DNA of 64,000 nucleotides from Lingula anatina (Eukaryota > Animalia > Brachiopoda), in NCBI GenBank assembly GCA_051362555.1, contig CM120640.1, forward strand, positions 53,608,788 to 53,672,787, given 5' to 3'. Of this stretch, positions 1-13,303 are shown one piece after another; the stretch's first letter is position 1; each line of letters begins with the position of its first letter. A program made the position numbers and the translations under genes. The notes below the pieces were generated by a model. The model searched no databases. It had not been told where the DNA came from and was given only the letters and a program-made list of their open reading frames with translations.

Positions 1-3000
1 AATATTGTATGCCACTGGAACTGACTTGATCATTGTGGGGCATCTACAACTAGGACTACTCCCCTGACCCCTTACTTTCAACAAGGATTTGCTGATGTAC
101 ACCTGTGTAATATTCCAATTAATGGAAGGCATTGACAGATCCATTTAGGAACAATTCTAAGGGAAAAAAACATGGATAAGTGCTCGTACCCAAGTGCCAA
201 TTATGTGCCAGTCTCAGTCCTTAATAAATGTGAAAACGGTCGAAGAGGCCAAGGTATAATTATTTCTGGCTAAGAAAATAATATATCAAATATATTAAAT
301 ATATCCCAAGGGCATATAGATGTTTTTGCCAAATGCATTTTTTCATTATTTTCACACTAAGTGGAACTCTCAGGCAGTTTATTGGTTTGGTTACATTTAT
401 GGTATGGTAATGAAAGTAGTGGCATTTTTCATTTATGTATCAACTCTTGTAGAAATGCTAGCAGTAAACTACACTACTTAGTCCTACAGATGTTCTTTTC
501 CACTTCCCCATGGAGCTTATAAAAAAAACATTACTTTGCAGCAACCTAATAGTCTAAACTTTTGCTTAGTACTTATACCCATGTTTTATGACAGGAACTG
601 TGACATTCAGTCAAATGATTTGTGGATTGAAGATGTCTTCATTTCCGGCATGATTTGTATTGTGATATCCAATCATGGAGCATTTTAGACATCAGATGAC
701 AATTTTTGGTGAATTTCCAACAGCATTATTGATTTAGAAAGGAGAAAAGTAGGAAGTAGAAATTAATCTGCTGAAACTGTTATAGTGATGTTGAAAGTAG
801 TTCTGGGGTTGCTAATGTTGAAGAGTCATCAAACCTGAAAAATGTGGAAATAGACCTTTTTGCACAGTACATTATTTCTGTATTTCTTGAATTTTGGATA
901 ATGAACTTCATGAAAGTAACATGTTGTTTTGACACAGTTAATTAACCAATAAATAACTGCAGAAGAAGGTTTGCATTACTTTAAATTGCTCTTTTTACAA
1001 GCTTACATATTGTCATTTTCTTGTCTAGATTTAAAGAAATCTGACTTCATTTTGACACTGACTGCTATTTTAATATATTTTATGAAATATAAATATATTT
1101 TACTGTATAGTATTAGATATCACATTATCAGCACTTCTCATGAAAAACAAAGACACAAGAATTGTATTTAGTCTGGTGGGATTCCTGAATTTTTTAAAAT
1201 AAGCACCTAAGACAACAAGATCATAGCATTTTTTTATGATACCCAGTCACATCATTAGGGTTTCTTTTTTTATGGTACCCAATGCAATCACATCTTAAGT
1301 CTTTATTTTGTTTGCCAATTTTGACTTCTCCGAACAACTATTCTCTGACTACAGGGTGCGATACCAGTCTGTTACAAAATGATGAAAAGCACTCTGTGAT
1401 ATTTCAAGCAATCAAAGGGAACATGTTCCTCACCAGACATACCCTTTGTATTTGTCAGTGGAGCGATTTCATACCTAGGTGCTGAGTAGCACATATCCCT
1501 ATCTATGCTACGTAATGCAAGTCAAGCGTCTTAAGCGTAGACTTAGATTTACTCCAGATTCCACACAGAGCGTTTTCACAGAGTCCCCCACAATTATCCC
1601 CTCTAATGCTGATCAATCCACTGTTTAAGGAGCAGATGGGGGTGGGGCAGTCACATTTTCCCCGACTGTTAAAGTGCACCAATCCCACAGGGCCCCACAG
1701 TGTGATTTTGGATAGGATTTCAGGGGGCTTTGACATTAGAGGGTAGTAAATAAGAATCATGTAACATTTCCCCAGATTTCAGCTGGTGGTAAATGTTTAG
1801 GAGGTGTCACTATCTCTCTGATCATCTAGATGCCTCTTTTTACCTAGTGAGTTGAAATCTATTTTTGTGTTAAATTGTTTTCTATTAAAGTATTTCTCCT
1901 AAAATTTGAGTTTTGTGATGCTGTTCTATTGACCTTAACACTGCCCTAAAGCAGCAGTGATTATATGGCTCAGTTATGCCACTTCATGCTGGAAAAGTAT
2001 GTATAATTCACTTCTGATTAATGGCTAAATATGTCTACATAGAATAACAAAATTCCATATTTCTTGTCTCAAGAGCTTGTGAAGTTCACCAGCCAAGCTT
2101 TGATCAGGATATAATCTTCACATAATATGGCAGCCAGCATGCCTGATGTAATTCTCCTGCTTCTGACACAAAATCAATATAGAAGACTGAGAAAATGTTG
2201 ATTTAGTTTGCTCCTATATCATGTTTTATGTGCAAGCTGTCTGGGTGTCCAAAATCAGTGTTATTGATGCATATGGTCATGTTGCATTTTAATGACAGAA
2301 GACCACTCGTGATTTTCCTGCTGCTAGGATATTAAATAAAAACAAGCATTTAGTGATGGAGGTGATTATTGTTTCAATCAAAAGACATGGATGTCCTGTT
2401 TTATGATTGCATTAGGTCTAAATGAACATCACATTTTGAGCAATTTGCTATTTTATCTAAAGAATTTGAAATCTATTTGAAAATCTATATTAGCTAGGAG
2501 GGCAAATAGTAATTATGACTTAGCACTTAGACAATGTTTTATGGCAACAATTGCAGGTTGCTATACCCTACAGATGTTCTTTTTTGATTTTAAAGAAATT
2601 ACTGTATATTTCACTTTGTTCTTCAGCAGTGGTTCTGGTATGCAGTTCATGCCACTTTTTATTTATCTTTTTTATTTATTTATTTTACACAGAATTGGTG
2701 TAACCAAAAAAAAGTGGGGAAGTTGGCTCCAGAGGCCCTTGAAAATTTAGGTTAGCCTACTGTTAGGGCCTAAACCTTGTCACTATACTGTCTACCAAAG
2801 GCAAGTTGAGTGATAATGTCAAATCTATGCAACACTACAGAGAAATGTATTTATTGTCGTTTAACAGGTCAACGATCACGTGTCTTAGGAGGAAGGTCAT
2901 TTGGGAGTAATACAGGGGGTGCTGTATTCAAAAGGTGAGCAGATCACGTGAGGAAAAGAAACGATCATTCGAAGTCGATCTACCCTGCTGTACGGACACT

Positions 3001-3720
3001 TCAGTTTATTTCTAATAAAAGTTTTTGTATATATATATTAGTATTTAAAGATAAGGGTTTTCTTATGCATTGTAAAATTATCAGATTTATATAAGTACGA
3101 ACTGTATCAGAATTGGAATTGGACTGTGCGGGAGATCTTACTGGTGATGGAGCAAACATTTTTATGTAATATTGTATCGTCTGTACACAGGCAGAGGCAC
3201 ATCGACTCATTGCTATTTATACATAAATGATTTGATGTTTGAAGATGAAGTGGTTTTGTTCGTTGAGAGTGATAAGACGATAAATAATTTATATACGTTT
3301 AAGTGTCGGCAAATTAGAATATAACTGCAGAGAATGGGTGTGGGACACATTGACATGACTATACCCCCTCCTATTCAAGAAAAATGGCAGCAGTCAAACC
3401 AGGTGCTTATTTAACAAAAAATCTTAACTCTTCAGTTAAATAAACTCTGGTTGACTTAACAGTCTACTAGGCTAGTTTTTTTTTCTTCTTTTTTTTTTAT
3501 TGCAATTGATCATGGCCCTAACTCATGAGCACAAGTTAATCTTCAAAATGGGGGGGGGGGGAGTATCACATATTCAGACTGAAGATAGCTAATGGTATCT
3601 TTTGGTCTTGAATAATCATTTATTGACAGTGGAATGAAGCAAAATGTAAACATTTGTTTCCAAACTTAATAGGATAGTAAACTTTAGAGGGTATTCGTAA
3701 CAAGTGGATCTGTGGACTAA

Positions 3721-3895
3721 GGCCCCATTAAGAATAGGGGACTAACTAGTCCGAGGGTCAAATATGGTGACCCATTACAAAGCTTGCCATCTAATCCACT
3801 AATAGACACAGAATAGATACCCCATGGGGAAGTATTCAAGTGGGTTGGCCAAAATTGACTCTTGTACTAGTTAGCCCCCTTTTCTGAATGGGGCC
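3721..3895. mobile_element. Harbinger/Tourist-like MITE (family A), nested in an older copy of the same family
   Basis: Imperfect TIRs of about 30 bp, ggccccattaagaataggggactaactagt…actagttagcccccttttctgaatggggcc, flanked by TAA/TTA. Homologous to 6905-7095. Confidence 0.75.
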
Positions 3896-4030
3896 TTACA
3901 AATCTGCAGATCAAATATGGTTGACCAACAGTATAACAGTGCCTGGGTGGTTATGTAATAGTGACAAACCCTGTAATTAAAGACATTACAATTCAACCCA
4001 AGGTGATGATAAAAATGTAGTGAATAGCCA

Positions 4031-4033
<3 letters not shown>

Positions 4034-4107
<74 letters not shown>
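4034..4107. repeat. (TA)n microsatellite
   Basis: Perfect dinucleotide run of about 37 units. Confidence 0.98.
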
Positions 4108-4109
<2 letters not shown>

Positions 4110-5123
4110 CTTTTTTTTTTCCTCTCTTTAAGCCTGGTAGAGGGTAAAGAATCATCAGATTTGTAAAAACCCCAAGGGAGTTAGACATGAATTTTAGACA
4201 TGAAAAAGGCAAATATTGGGAGTCTCCAGAGATGACATTAAAGAACCAGGGGTACAGATTATATATGTGTACAATAAAAAGGGTTTATCAGATATAATAA
4301 AAAATATATTATATACACTGAGTGAATAAAGAGAGTTCATATTGTTTCATAATGAGTGGACTGTGACAAGCAGCAGTTGTGCATTTTTCATTTTCAAACA
4401 AAGACTAAAATTTTTTGGCCCTCAAGCCAAAGTAAACTCCCAAAATAAAAGTACTAGTACACCGAGTGAGCCTTTTAATGCTCACTACTAAAATCAGCCA
4501 AATTGGGGTATAAGTATGCTTAGCACCTGTGCTATATTTCATTGGCACATAAGGGACAAAGAAAACCAAGATATGTTGTTACTCAGCTCACATAATATTT
4601 TAAGCGTACTGTATGTGAAAGAGACAAAATGTCAAGGTTATCATTAAACTCATTGTACAATGTCTCTAAAAATCCCTCATCACAAAACCAACTCATTAAC
4701 ATGACTGATTACTGTTTGTAGTTCATTTGTCAAAAAAAAAAAGATGGATTTTAAAATCTAATTTACAATATGTAATAAACATTAAGATGCTCAATGGATC
4801 TGAAAACTGAAAGCAAATCAAATCAAATCAATGTTAAAGAAACATTTTTGCAAAAAGATTTTTGCCACAAAACCCGACCAAATGCAACAATATAGTTTCA
4901 AATGCTATAATTTAGAGAAATACCAAAGGGCATTATTTCATATTTCCCGAAAAATTATATTTGAACGCATTTTTCTACCCTCATTCTGTGTTATTTTTAT
5001 CCTTTTGCAGTCTCATTTTAATTAGTTTGCCATTACACATGCAGTTATACATCCATACAGTGAGAGTGATGATTATATAATCCGTTCACAGTACTATATC
5101 ATTTATGTGTCTTTTATGTACTG

Positions 5124-5947
5124 CAGGCCTCATAAACGACAATTGCCGTTTCCGAGCACGAGCCTCAGATTTCCTAGCACAAATACCAATATTAACGAGC
5201 CCCACCTCAGAGTAACAAGCACAACGTAAAGTTACCGAGCACAAACTTAGCGTTTCCAAGCACTATCAATTTGTCCAGCTTCCAACGGGGCCCACGGCTG
5301 CTTACATATGGGTTCTTTTTATCAACTCAGGACTATTTTCAAGATGGCGGAAGTTAAAGAGACATAACGGTTGAACTTTCAGAGATTTTTGGATGCAAAC
5401 AAGTAATAGTATCTCCCCTTTCTGTCTCTTTGGCAAAAGATAAAGGATTTTTAACGTCCACGCCACGACCAAATAAAGTGGCTAGATCATTACTAACAGA
5501 TTTTGAATTGTCAGGAGAATTGTTGGGATCATTCTAAGCACATGGACTGCATGTGTGAGCGCCTATATAATGATGCTATGCATATGATAAATATGACGCA
5601 AATAAAAAATGATTCATCGATTATTTTCACCAACTCAGAAATATCTGTTTCCATGTATCAATATTTTAACTTGAGCAAAATAAACGTACAATATATAAAA
5701 ATTCTCTAAACAAACCAAACAACTGCATTAGTATATTCCACTATCCTTACCGCAGCAATGCATTCTCGACAACCTTCGGCTCATACGGAACAAACCGAAC
5801 GGGTAGATAAGCTTGGAAACGCTAAGTTTGTGCTTGGTCACTTTACGTTGTGCTTGTTAATCTGAGGTGGGGCTCGTTAATATTGGCGTTTAAGCTCGGG
5901 AATCTGAGGCACGTGCTAGGAAACGCCTAATCCGTTTTTGAGGCCTG
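5124..5947. mobile_element. Non-autonomous DNA transposon with long TIRs (hAT-like, 6-bp TSD)
   Basis: Termini CAGGCCTCA…TGAGGCCTG with imperfect inverted arms of about 135 bp; GTACTG is duplicated at 5118-5123 and 5948-5953. Confidence 0.85.
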
Positions 5948-6904
5948 GTACTGGAGGGATGGATGAATAGGTCAATTTACAACAAGGAATTATTTTAGTT
6001 TATGACTTGGTATTTTGACTTAAGTTAAGCCATATAAGAAACTAGTGGAACTGGTATATATATATATTTTACCAGGAATTCACCCACCCTTTATACGTAA
6101 CATTAACTTAGGATATCTTATATTGGATCTTACTGTTAATTCAGTTGTTAAGCTGAACAGGCTATTAAAATTGATTGAATTTGAAAAATGAAACCTTGAA
6201 AATATTGCTTTTTTATGAACACCATTTATGAAAGGCTTTCTAAATCAATGCATATATGGAGTAACTATTCTATAAATGTCAAGGAAGATAAGAGCACTGA
6301 CTTAATGCAAGTATTCGTTTACTGTGCAGTACTTCACTGCTCTAAGAAGACTGTCACAAAGTCTTCCATATAACAGATCATATTTCTGAATTTCACAACT
6401 AGTATAGCAGCATTGTGTTCATTGCTACTGCACGTATACTGTATTGATTTTTGTATACAACAATAAGCTGACAGTAAGACAAATAAGAGACACTAAAGAT
6501 AAACTTATCCTCACAGAATCAGAGGGATTGTGGAGGTGAATTTTGTTAAGTATCCTTCACCAATAATGCATCTAGCTTGGGTCTGGGAAAGAGATGCACC
6601 TTGACAAGATAATCACAAAACCACTGTTACCAAACGGTAACTAAAATCTGGCCACTTTTTTGATAATTTTTTTCTAAACTACAGTTCCACATGACATCTC
6701 AGATAAGGAAATATCTGCATTTTTGTGTCAGTGTGATATTTTCAGTTCTAAAGTTTAATATTGTGCAGCTCAGGAAGAGCACTGCAAAATAATAAGTCAA
6801 CATTATCACCTCAGAGCTACCAATGTGGGTCAGGTTTTATCAGTAAAAAAAAAAAAAGACTTATTTTCCAAGTGAGAGTTAAATCTTTGCTGCAAAATGT
6901 CTAA

Positions 6905-7095
6905 GGCTACATTCAAAACGGTGGACTAACAGATCCGCGGGTCAAATATGGCAAACCAGTTAAAACCTTACTGCATTATTCCCTAGTCTATAGACGCTGA
7001 ATGGATTCCCCCTGCAGGGATTATGCAACAAGCATTCAAGTGGGTCAGCCAAATTTGACCCAAGGATCTGTTAGTCCTCTGCTGTGAATGCTGCC
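6905..7095. mobile_element. Harbinger/Tourist-like MITE (family A)
   Basis: Reads taa|ggctacattc…ggactaacagatcc…ggatctgttagtcc…gaatgctgcc|taa, giving a TAA TSD. Confidence 0.75.
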
Positions 7096-8131
7096 TAATA
7101 AGAAATCTCTTTATTACAAGTTACTTAATGGTCATTTCAAAAGTATGAAACCTTCCCAAATCTTTAAATGATTTTAAAGGCAAATTAGGCTTGGAAGTTG
7201 GAGGCTGAGTCTAGTCTCTTATGTGCATAGATTAATGGTTCCTTGTGCATACAGTATGATAATTAATTAGCTACCTGTATGTCTTTCACGAAGATCAAAA
7301 TTCAGTTTCACATAAATATCATAACTATTTGCATGACAACATTCTCTCCCCTGAATTGGTTTATATCGTTGACAGATCATCTTTATCTCCAATAAGATAT
7401 GGTCTAAAGTTTTTCCTTTTATTTGGTTAAATAAATTAACAAGTATAAAGGACATGAATGAACTCAAAATCACCCCTCTCATCTGACCCTAAGACCTAAG
7501 GCACCTGATACACAAATGCATGGAGTTTGATATATTGTGACTTAATTAACAATCAATAACACACAAGATTTTGTCAAGGGTATCTTACCATATTTACTTT
7601 ATTCATACCTGCTCAGTTTATTTTCCATGTGACATATGTATTACTTTGGAAACAGTCCATAAAAAGGGGGCAGCACAGAGCATAAGTGTAAGAAAAAAAT
7701 TATCTAAAAAATCTGACAGCTATAATGCACATTCCATGATAGATGCAAATACAACCAAATTCCTGAATATCACATCTCTGGGCACTACGCATGTTGGCTA
7801 GATTATTAACTGGCTCAGTGCTAATGATGGAAGGTTTAAATAAAATTGTTTTCCGAAGCATTTCATCCCTAGGCACCTGTCATAGATGGCTAGATATGTT
7901 AATTGGGAAAGTGGGTATGGCTCAGAAGATGAGTTTACTGCAAATAAATGAGATACATTTGTTACTTCCCAATACAGGCATTCAATAGCATGGTGAATTG
8001 AATCAGTCTCTGTTCATATCTCCCAGTCCCACCTGTAATTAAAAAGTCTGCACATAAGTTCAATATCAATCCAACAACACAGCGTTGGGTCCCTTCACTG
8101 GAGATTAGCTGAAATAAAAGATCATCCCTTA

Positions 8132-8183
8132 GGCCGCATTCACATCGAGTTGAGCCATGGCTCTACTCGATGTGAATGCGGCC
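8132..8183. mobile_element. 52-bp palindromic micro-MITE with TTA TSD
   Basis: Reads tta|ggccgcattcacatcgagttgagcca tggctctactcgatgtgaatgcggcc|tta; a palindrome with one T.T mismatch. Confidence 0.8.
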
Positions 8184-8651
8184 TTACAGCAACCAATCTC
8201 AGCTTCTAAATCCTCTATGTATACCACATGTGACCATGAAATCATTTCTTTACACAGGTGTAACTGGTAAATTTTTAGTCCTAATATATATTGTGCAAAT
8301 TGTATCACAAAAGCTTAATTATCATAGTAATGTAGATGTTGACCTACAGATGGGGCTATGTGTCTCTCTTACTCCAGTGTAAATTGTAAGTTTAGAAAAA
8401 GGTAGTCATTACGTCATTAAACTTGGTAATAAATTACTTAGTCTCCAAGGTGCAGAATAAAACAAGTGCCCCTGTAAGATTCTGGTCTCTGCCTAGTACT
8501 CTCTACCTTTCAACATCTTTGTTATATTTTTACAATTTTATTCCTTGTTTCCTTAATTGTCTATTCAAAATTTTCAAAGTACTTTAAAGCACACTTAACA
8601 CTTTTCTGCTACTTCATTAAAAAGAAACTGAACTCAACATGTATATCTTAC

Positions 8652-10229
8652 CTCCAGTTTTAGCATGATCCACATATTTCTACACCACTGTCTATAATCT
8701 GATCCAAGGCTTTGCATTTTATTGAGAAAGTCCTTCATCTCAGAGCTAGCGAGGAGATCATTCTCAAAGTCTGCACTGCACACATTCACCCAGGACTCTA
8801 TGATTTTCATCACTGCTTTGTGTTGCAGTGGTACCTCCATGCCACCAAAGTAATGGTGACTGGAATATACGGAATGAAAACTAACATCAGAGCGTAAAGA
8901 CGTGACAGAAGCAGAGGAAATGCACAACATGGGTGTTCGAGGTAGACCAAGCTGGCTTTGCATGGGCGAAGTAGCTGCATGGCTGAGGTGATGATGATGA
9001 TGATGATTACGGTGATGATAAAGATGATTTGATGGATAGGGGGATGGCAATGGCTGATGAGAAGATTGATGTTTAACCTGTAGATGAGCATTCATTGCTT
9101 TAACCTCTGCATGCCTCTTGACAGCATGAATTCTTGCAATGCCTACAGATTGAGTATCTCCAATAGTTAAAGCACGGTGTGAGTGACAAGGCTCTGTGTC
9201 TGAACTGGTGCAAGTTGCGTCTTCCAAAACAAACACAGGACGAGACTTAACTTGGCTCTGTTTAACAAGTTTTTTATCAGATTCTTTTACTTCTTTCATC
9301 TTTTCTGCTTCTTGAGTCTTTGTTTCTAGAGAGCCTGAACATCTTATATTGTGGTCACTCATTGTAGCAGCCACTGAGTGTCCATCTTTATTGGTCAGTT
9401 CTCTCATATCTGGTACAGAGTTGGACCTAGAAGGCATAGGAGACACTTGCGGTGTATCTAACACAAATGTTGGCAAATTTATAAGCTCCCTTTGGAATGC
9501 AAGTATGTCGTAATTTTGAGCCTTTTCCTCTGGACTATTTTGGGGTGGGCTTGAATTGGAATGCAGATTGGCAACAGACTTCGATATGCTTTTCTTTGAA
9601 CTCCTATGGAATATCCTCCGACTGGAACTTATTTTACCCTCCTCCTTACCATTGCTGTCAGATTTATCATGGTACAAATCTAAATCACTGATCTGAGGCG
9701 AGGGTGTCATGGCTATCTGCAGCTCCAATGGAGCAGGAAAAACCACATTCCTAGCCAGCGTTTTGACAGCAGCATTAGTTGTTGACCCTGACGCCATTAC
9801 AGGGGATTCCACCCAATCAGGTGGTCCAAAATCATCCCCGTCAAATTTATGATTCTGTCCATTACAGTTCCCATAAGTAAGCCTTCTTTTCTTGTGGTAA
9901 CTTTCCTTCATGGCATCTTCATCATTCTCCTGGTCCTTAAGGTCTGGCAGCTTTCTTCTTACAAGGCTTCCAAACATCTTGTGGTATAACAAACGAATAA
10001 CTATCACAGGGTGAATCAGCAGGGGCATGGCAGAGTAGAAGAGTTCTCGGAATGGCTTGTGATATAACTGCAGCAGATATTCCTCAGAATCCGTGGGTCT
10101 GGATGTCTTAGAAGTTGTTGGCTTTGTGGCAGTTTTGGACTGTGCAACCTCTGGAGACACTTGTAAGGTCTGATTGGGCACACCACACAAGGTGGACAGC
10201 AAATAATTGTGTTCCTCTTCTACAGCATC
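8652..10229 (-). CDS. Seventh coding exon (split REM-like domain with a Ser/His-rich disordered insert); the gene continues toward or beyond the left edge
   Basis: Acceptor tatctttacag|GAT and donor GAG|GTAAGA; 1578 bp, phase 0/0, within the 565-aa ORF. The C-terminal KAVMKIIESWVNVCSADFENDLLASSEMKDFL resembles the REM motif VLNVLRHWV…DFE…L..FL. Confidence 0.9.
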
Positions 10230-11064
10230 CTGTAAAGATAATGTGTTGTCATGAAATATTATAGCTAAACTGGTTATACCAAAGACTTGTTCGCAAAAAG
10301 TAGAAATGTGAAGACACATGGCACCATCCAATCAATTATTTAAATCCATAATTGTTAAGCAGGATTTCTTGATGTATATTCATGACAATGTCAAGAGATA
10401 TGTGTTTGAGGTGACACTGATACCAAAGGCAATATTCCTGATAAATTTATTCTGGTAACATGAAAGCTTCTCATTACCAATTATTTAATGGAGAAATCAA
10501 GAAATGGTACCCAAATGAACAACTCTTAGTTGGTTTGCCAGTGTAATGATTTGAAGGAATTGATTGAAAACGAAAAAGCCCCTTTCAGGAAACGGAGAGA
10601 CAGGCAGGAGAACAACCCAATTCAAATATTCCTAAGCTTAATATTATTGCATAGGGAGAGGGAGGGTTGCAAAAAGTCCATGTAGTCTTAGAACAGGATA
10701 ATATAGAAATATTAAACCAGTGTACAACAGCTGATAAGATAGTTGGTATCTAGTCCACCTTGTAATAGAAACCAAAGATATGGGCAGATAATCCAACACA
10801 GATATCCAATGCTACATTATGCAAGTTCTTTATCAAAATCAATAAACAACTATCTAAAATAATGTAGCAATTGAGCTCTGATACCACAGCAGGGCTTGGG
10901 GCAATGCACAACCAAATGCCACTTCTGTGTCTTATAAAGGGAAATTGCCTTAGGTTTAAAGTAATGATTTTCTTTATGTTACATTAAAGCATTTGGCATG
11001 AGGAAAAAAGGAGCATGAACACTGCAAGAATAATTCTTTGTGCTTACATACATATTACATATCT

Positions 11065-11415
11065 TTAACAGAGTTAACCCAAAACAAATTTATCTAACTT
11101 AGCCTAAGACATATTTCACCCCCCCCCCCCACTGCAATTTATGTTAGAAGCAATGCTACCTTTATCCCCAAAATACATTATCTAACATATTCTAAGATAT
11201 ATTTCACCCCTCTCTGTAACTTGAATGAATTCTTACAATTGTTTCACTTTTATTTCTTTTCAACAGAGTTAACAAAAAAAAAAACATTACCTAAGACATA
11301 TTTCATCTGCCACAACTTTTATTATAGAAGTAATGCTAGCTTATATTTCCAAATACATTATCTTACTTAGTCTATGGCATATTTCATCCCCCACTGTAAC
11401 TTATATTAGAAGTAA
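11065..11415. repeat. Degenerate tandem/interspersed repeat (about 70-80 bp unit, ctaagacatatttcacccc…aactttatattagaagtaatgcta)
   Basis: The motif recurs about four times, near 11103, 11191, 11291 and 11372. Confidence 0.6.
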
Positions 11416-11745
11416 TCCTAACACACTTGGCATTTCCAGAGTTCTTAGAAATCAAGGTGCAGTTCAACATGTGCAGATTACATGGAAAATTCATTAATAT
11501 CTACAGATTAATTTACACCCACTGATTGATTTGAGGATATACAGAACAGATTACTTATGTCATAATTATTCTATAACATATGCTCCCATGATTAATGACA
11601 ATATATATATACACATGTCCTTGAAATAACACCTTCAATGATCTTTATCTTCTTACCCATGTTTTTGTTTAACGACAAATTAACTTTTGCCAGATTTGTA
11701 GTAAATGAAATACATTTATCATGCTCCTAAAATGAGTTTTATTAC

Positions 11746-11900
11746 CTGTATGATTGCCATTACCAAACCCTCTGGTGAGCCTGCCTCAATGTATCCCTGG
11801 CCGTCTTTCTTAATCACTTTTCCAAGAGCCATCAACTCAATAAAACTGTCTTCTGGAGAGTGCACTTGGAGCAGAGGATTGGAGGCTTTGTCTTGGAATA
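11746..11900 (-). CDS. Sixth coding exon (begins the RasGEF-N/REM-like motif; not in the ORF track)
   Basis: Acceptor ctccctttcag|TA (phase 1) and donor CAG|GTAATA (phase 0); 155 bp reading LFQDKASNPLLQVHSPEDSFIELMALGKVIKKDGQGYIEAGSPEGLVMAIIQ. The IEAGSPEGLV segment resembles the REM start motif IKAGTLEKLV. Confidence 0.85.
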
Positions 11901-13212
11901 CTGAAAGGGAGGTATAACATTATTGCGAGGTTTCTCTTCAGGGGAAAAAAGAGAATAATGCTAGTGGAAACATTTCATAATAAAGTTTTTTTAAATATTT
12001 ATTTATCAATTTTCTTTATTTTTGATAAGGGCCCCTCACAGAAAATAAAGTAAATTGATAAATGAATATATTAAGGGAAAAAGACATATCTGTATTTTTT
12101 CACACTGACATTGGGCAATGAGATGAAACCTTTATTAAAAAGTGTAATGAACACCCGTCTTCATGCAGTATCTAACACCAATTTGCCCCTTTTTCCTACT
12201 TCACAATTTCCAAGCCAGATATACCACGTATTTCATCTTCAATGCACAAAACTGTGAACAGCAAGGGATATCATGTTTGATGCACCTTGGAGAAGATGAG
12301 TCTATACTATCAATATATAACAGCACTTGGTTAATTCTAATAAAATCCCTCTAAATGTACACTGATACAATATTGGAAATTAATTTTTAAAAAGGTCACT
12401 TTTCAAACTTAAACACCTGAAATATTGTTGTAAAGGACATGTTTTTGTCCTATTATGAATAGTCATTTGTGAACTGATCTGCCCTCTCTTGACAGACAAA
12501 TTTTCTTCAAATGAAAAAAGACTTAATAACCACAAGTACATCTTAACCTTCAACACATTGGGGAAAAATCCATCTGCAAGTCCATGCTCTGTAGGTGAAT
12601 AATTTCCTGATTTAGACTTAATAGGCAATTTCCCTGCCAGATCTTCTCTCGTTTATTCTACTTTCACCAATCACACTATCCCCTGATTTCAAAAGAATCA
12701 ATCAATTTATGTTGTTCAGTATTTACTGAAAATACCTATTTATTTCTGGTTCTTTTATTTTATTTCTCTTTAAAGTTATATTTATAGTATATAATGGCTA
12801 ACTGTGTAGATCAATGGCAAAACTCTTTGTGACAATTCAAAGACAAAATAAGAGTAAGGATTATTACAGTAAGTTTCATAAAATAACCTCCTAAGGCCAT
12901 ATAGCATGACAACTACAGAAGAAATATAACAGCAAGACTTGCAAACACAGACAGCAGTAGGATATAGTGTGTATGTATGTGTGTGAATGTGTCTTATTTC
13001 ATTGCTATATTTTGTATACACAATAAAGTAGAAAAATAGCAACAAAATTATAAAATAATATGACTTATGACTTTTTCATAGTGGAACTGGAAGGAAGGCA
13101 AGAAACCATAGTTAGGATTAAGATACAGCAAAAGCACACAGACATACCTAATTTAATATGGAGATACTGAAATACCCAATGACGTGTAAAAGGATCAATT
13201 GTGTCAGAGAAA

Positions 13213-13303
13213 AATATCTGATATATCTAAAGACACCCTTAAGATGTATATGTAATGAATATCTGATATATCTAAATACACCCTTAAGATGTATATGTAA
13301 TGA
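13213..13303. repeat. 45-bp tandem duplication
   Basis: aatatctgatatatctaaa(g/t)acacccttaagatgtatatgtaatg occurs twice with one mismatch. Confidence 0.9.

Noticed and set aside
781-836. Acceptor-like ttttcag followed by FDDSSTLATPELLSTSL-stop on the minus strand
   Set aside because: It is phase 2 and so incompatible with the phase-0 donor at 8652, and nothing else supports it.
10230-10331. N-terminal 34 aa of the 565-aa ORF and similar ORF overhangs (39378-39545, 29781-29964)
   Set aside because: These lie beyond strong splice sites and are intronic read-through of the reading frame.
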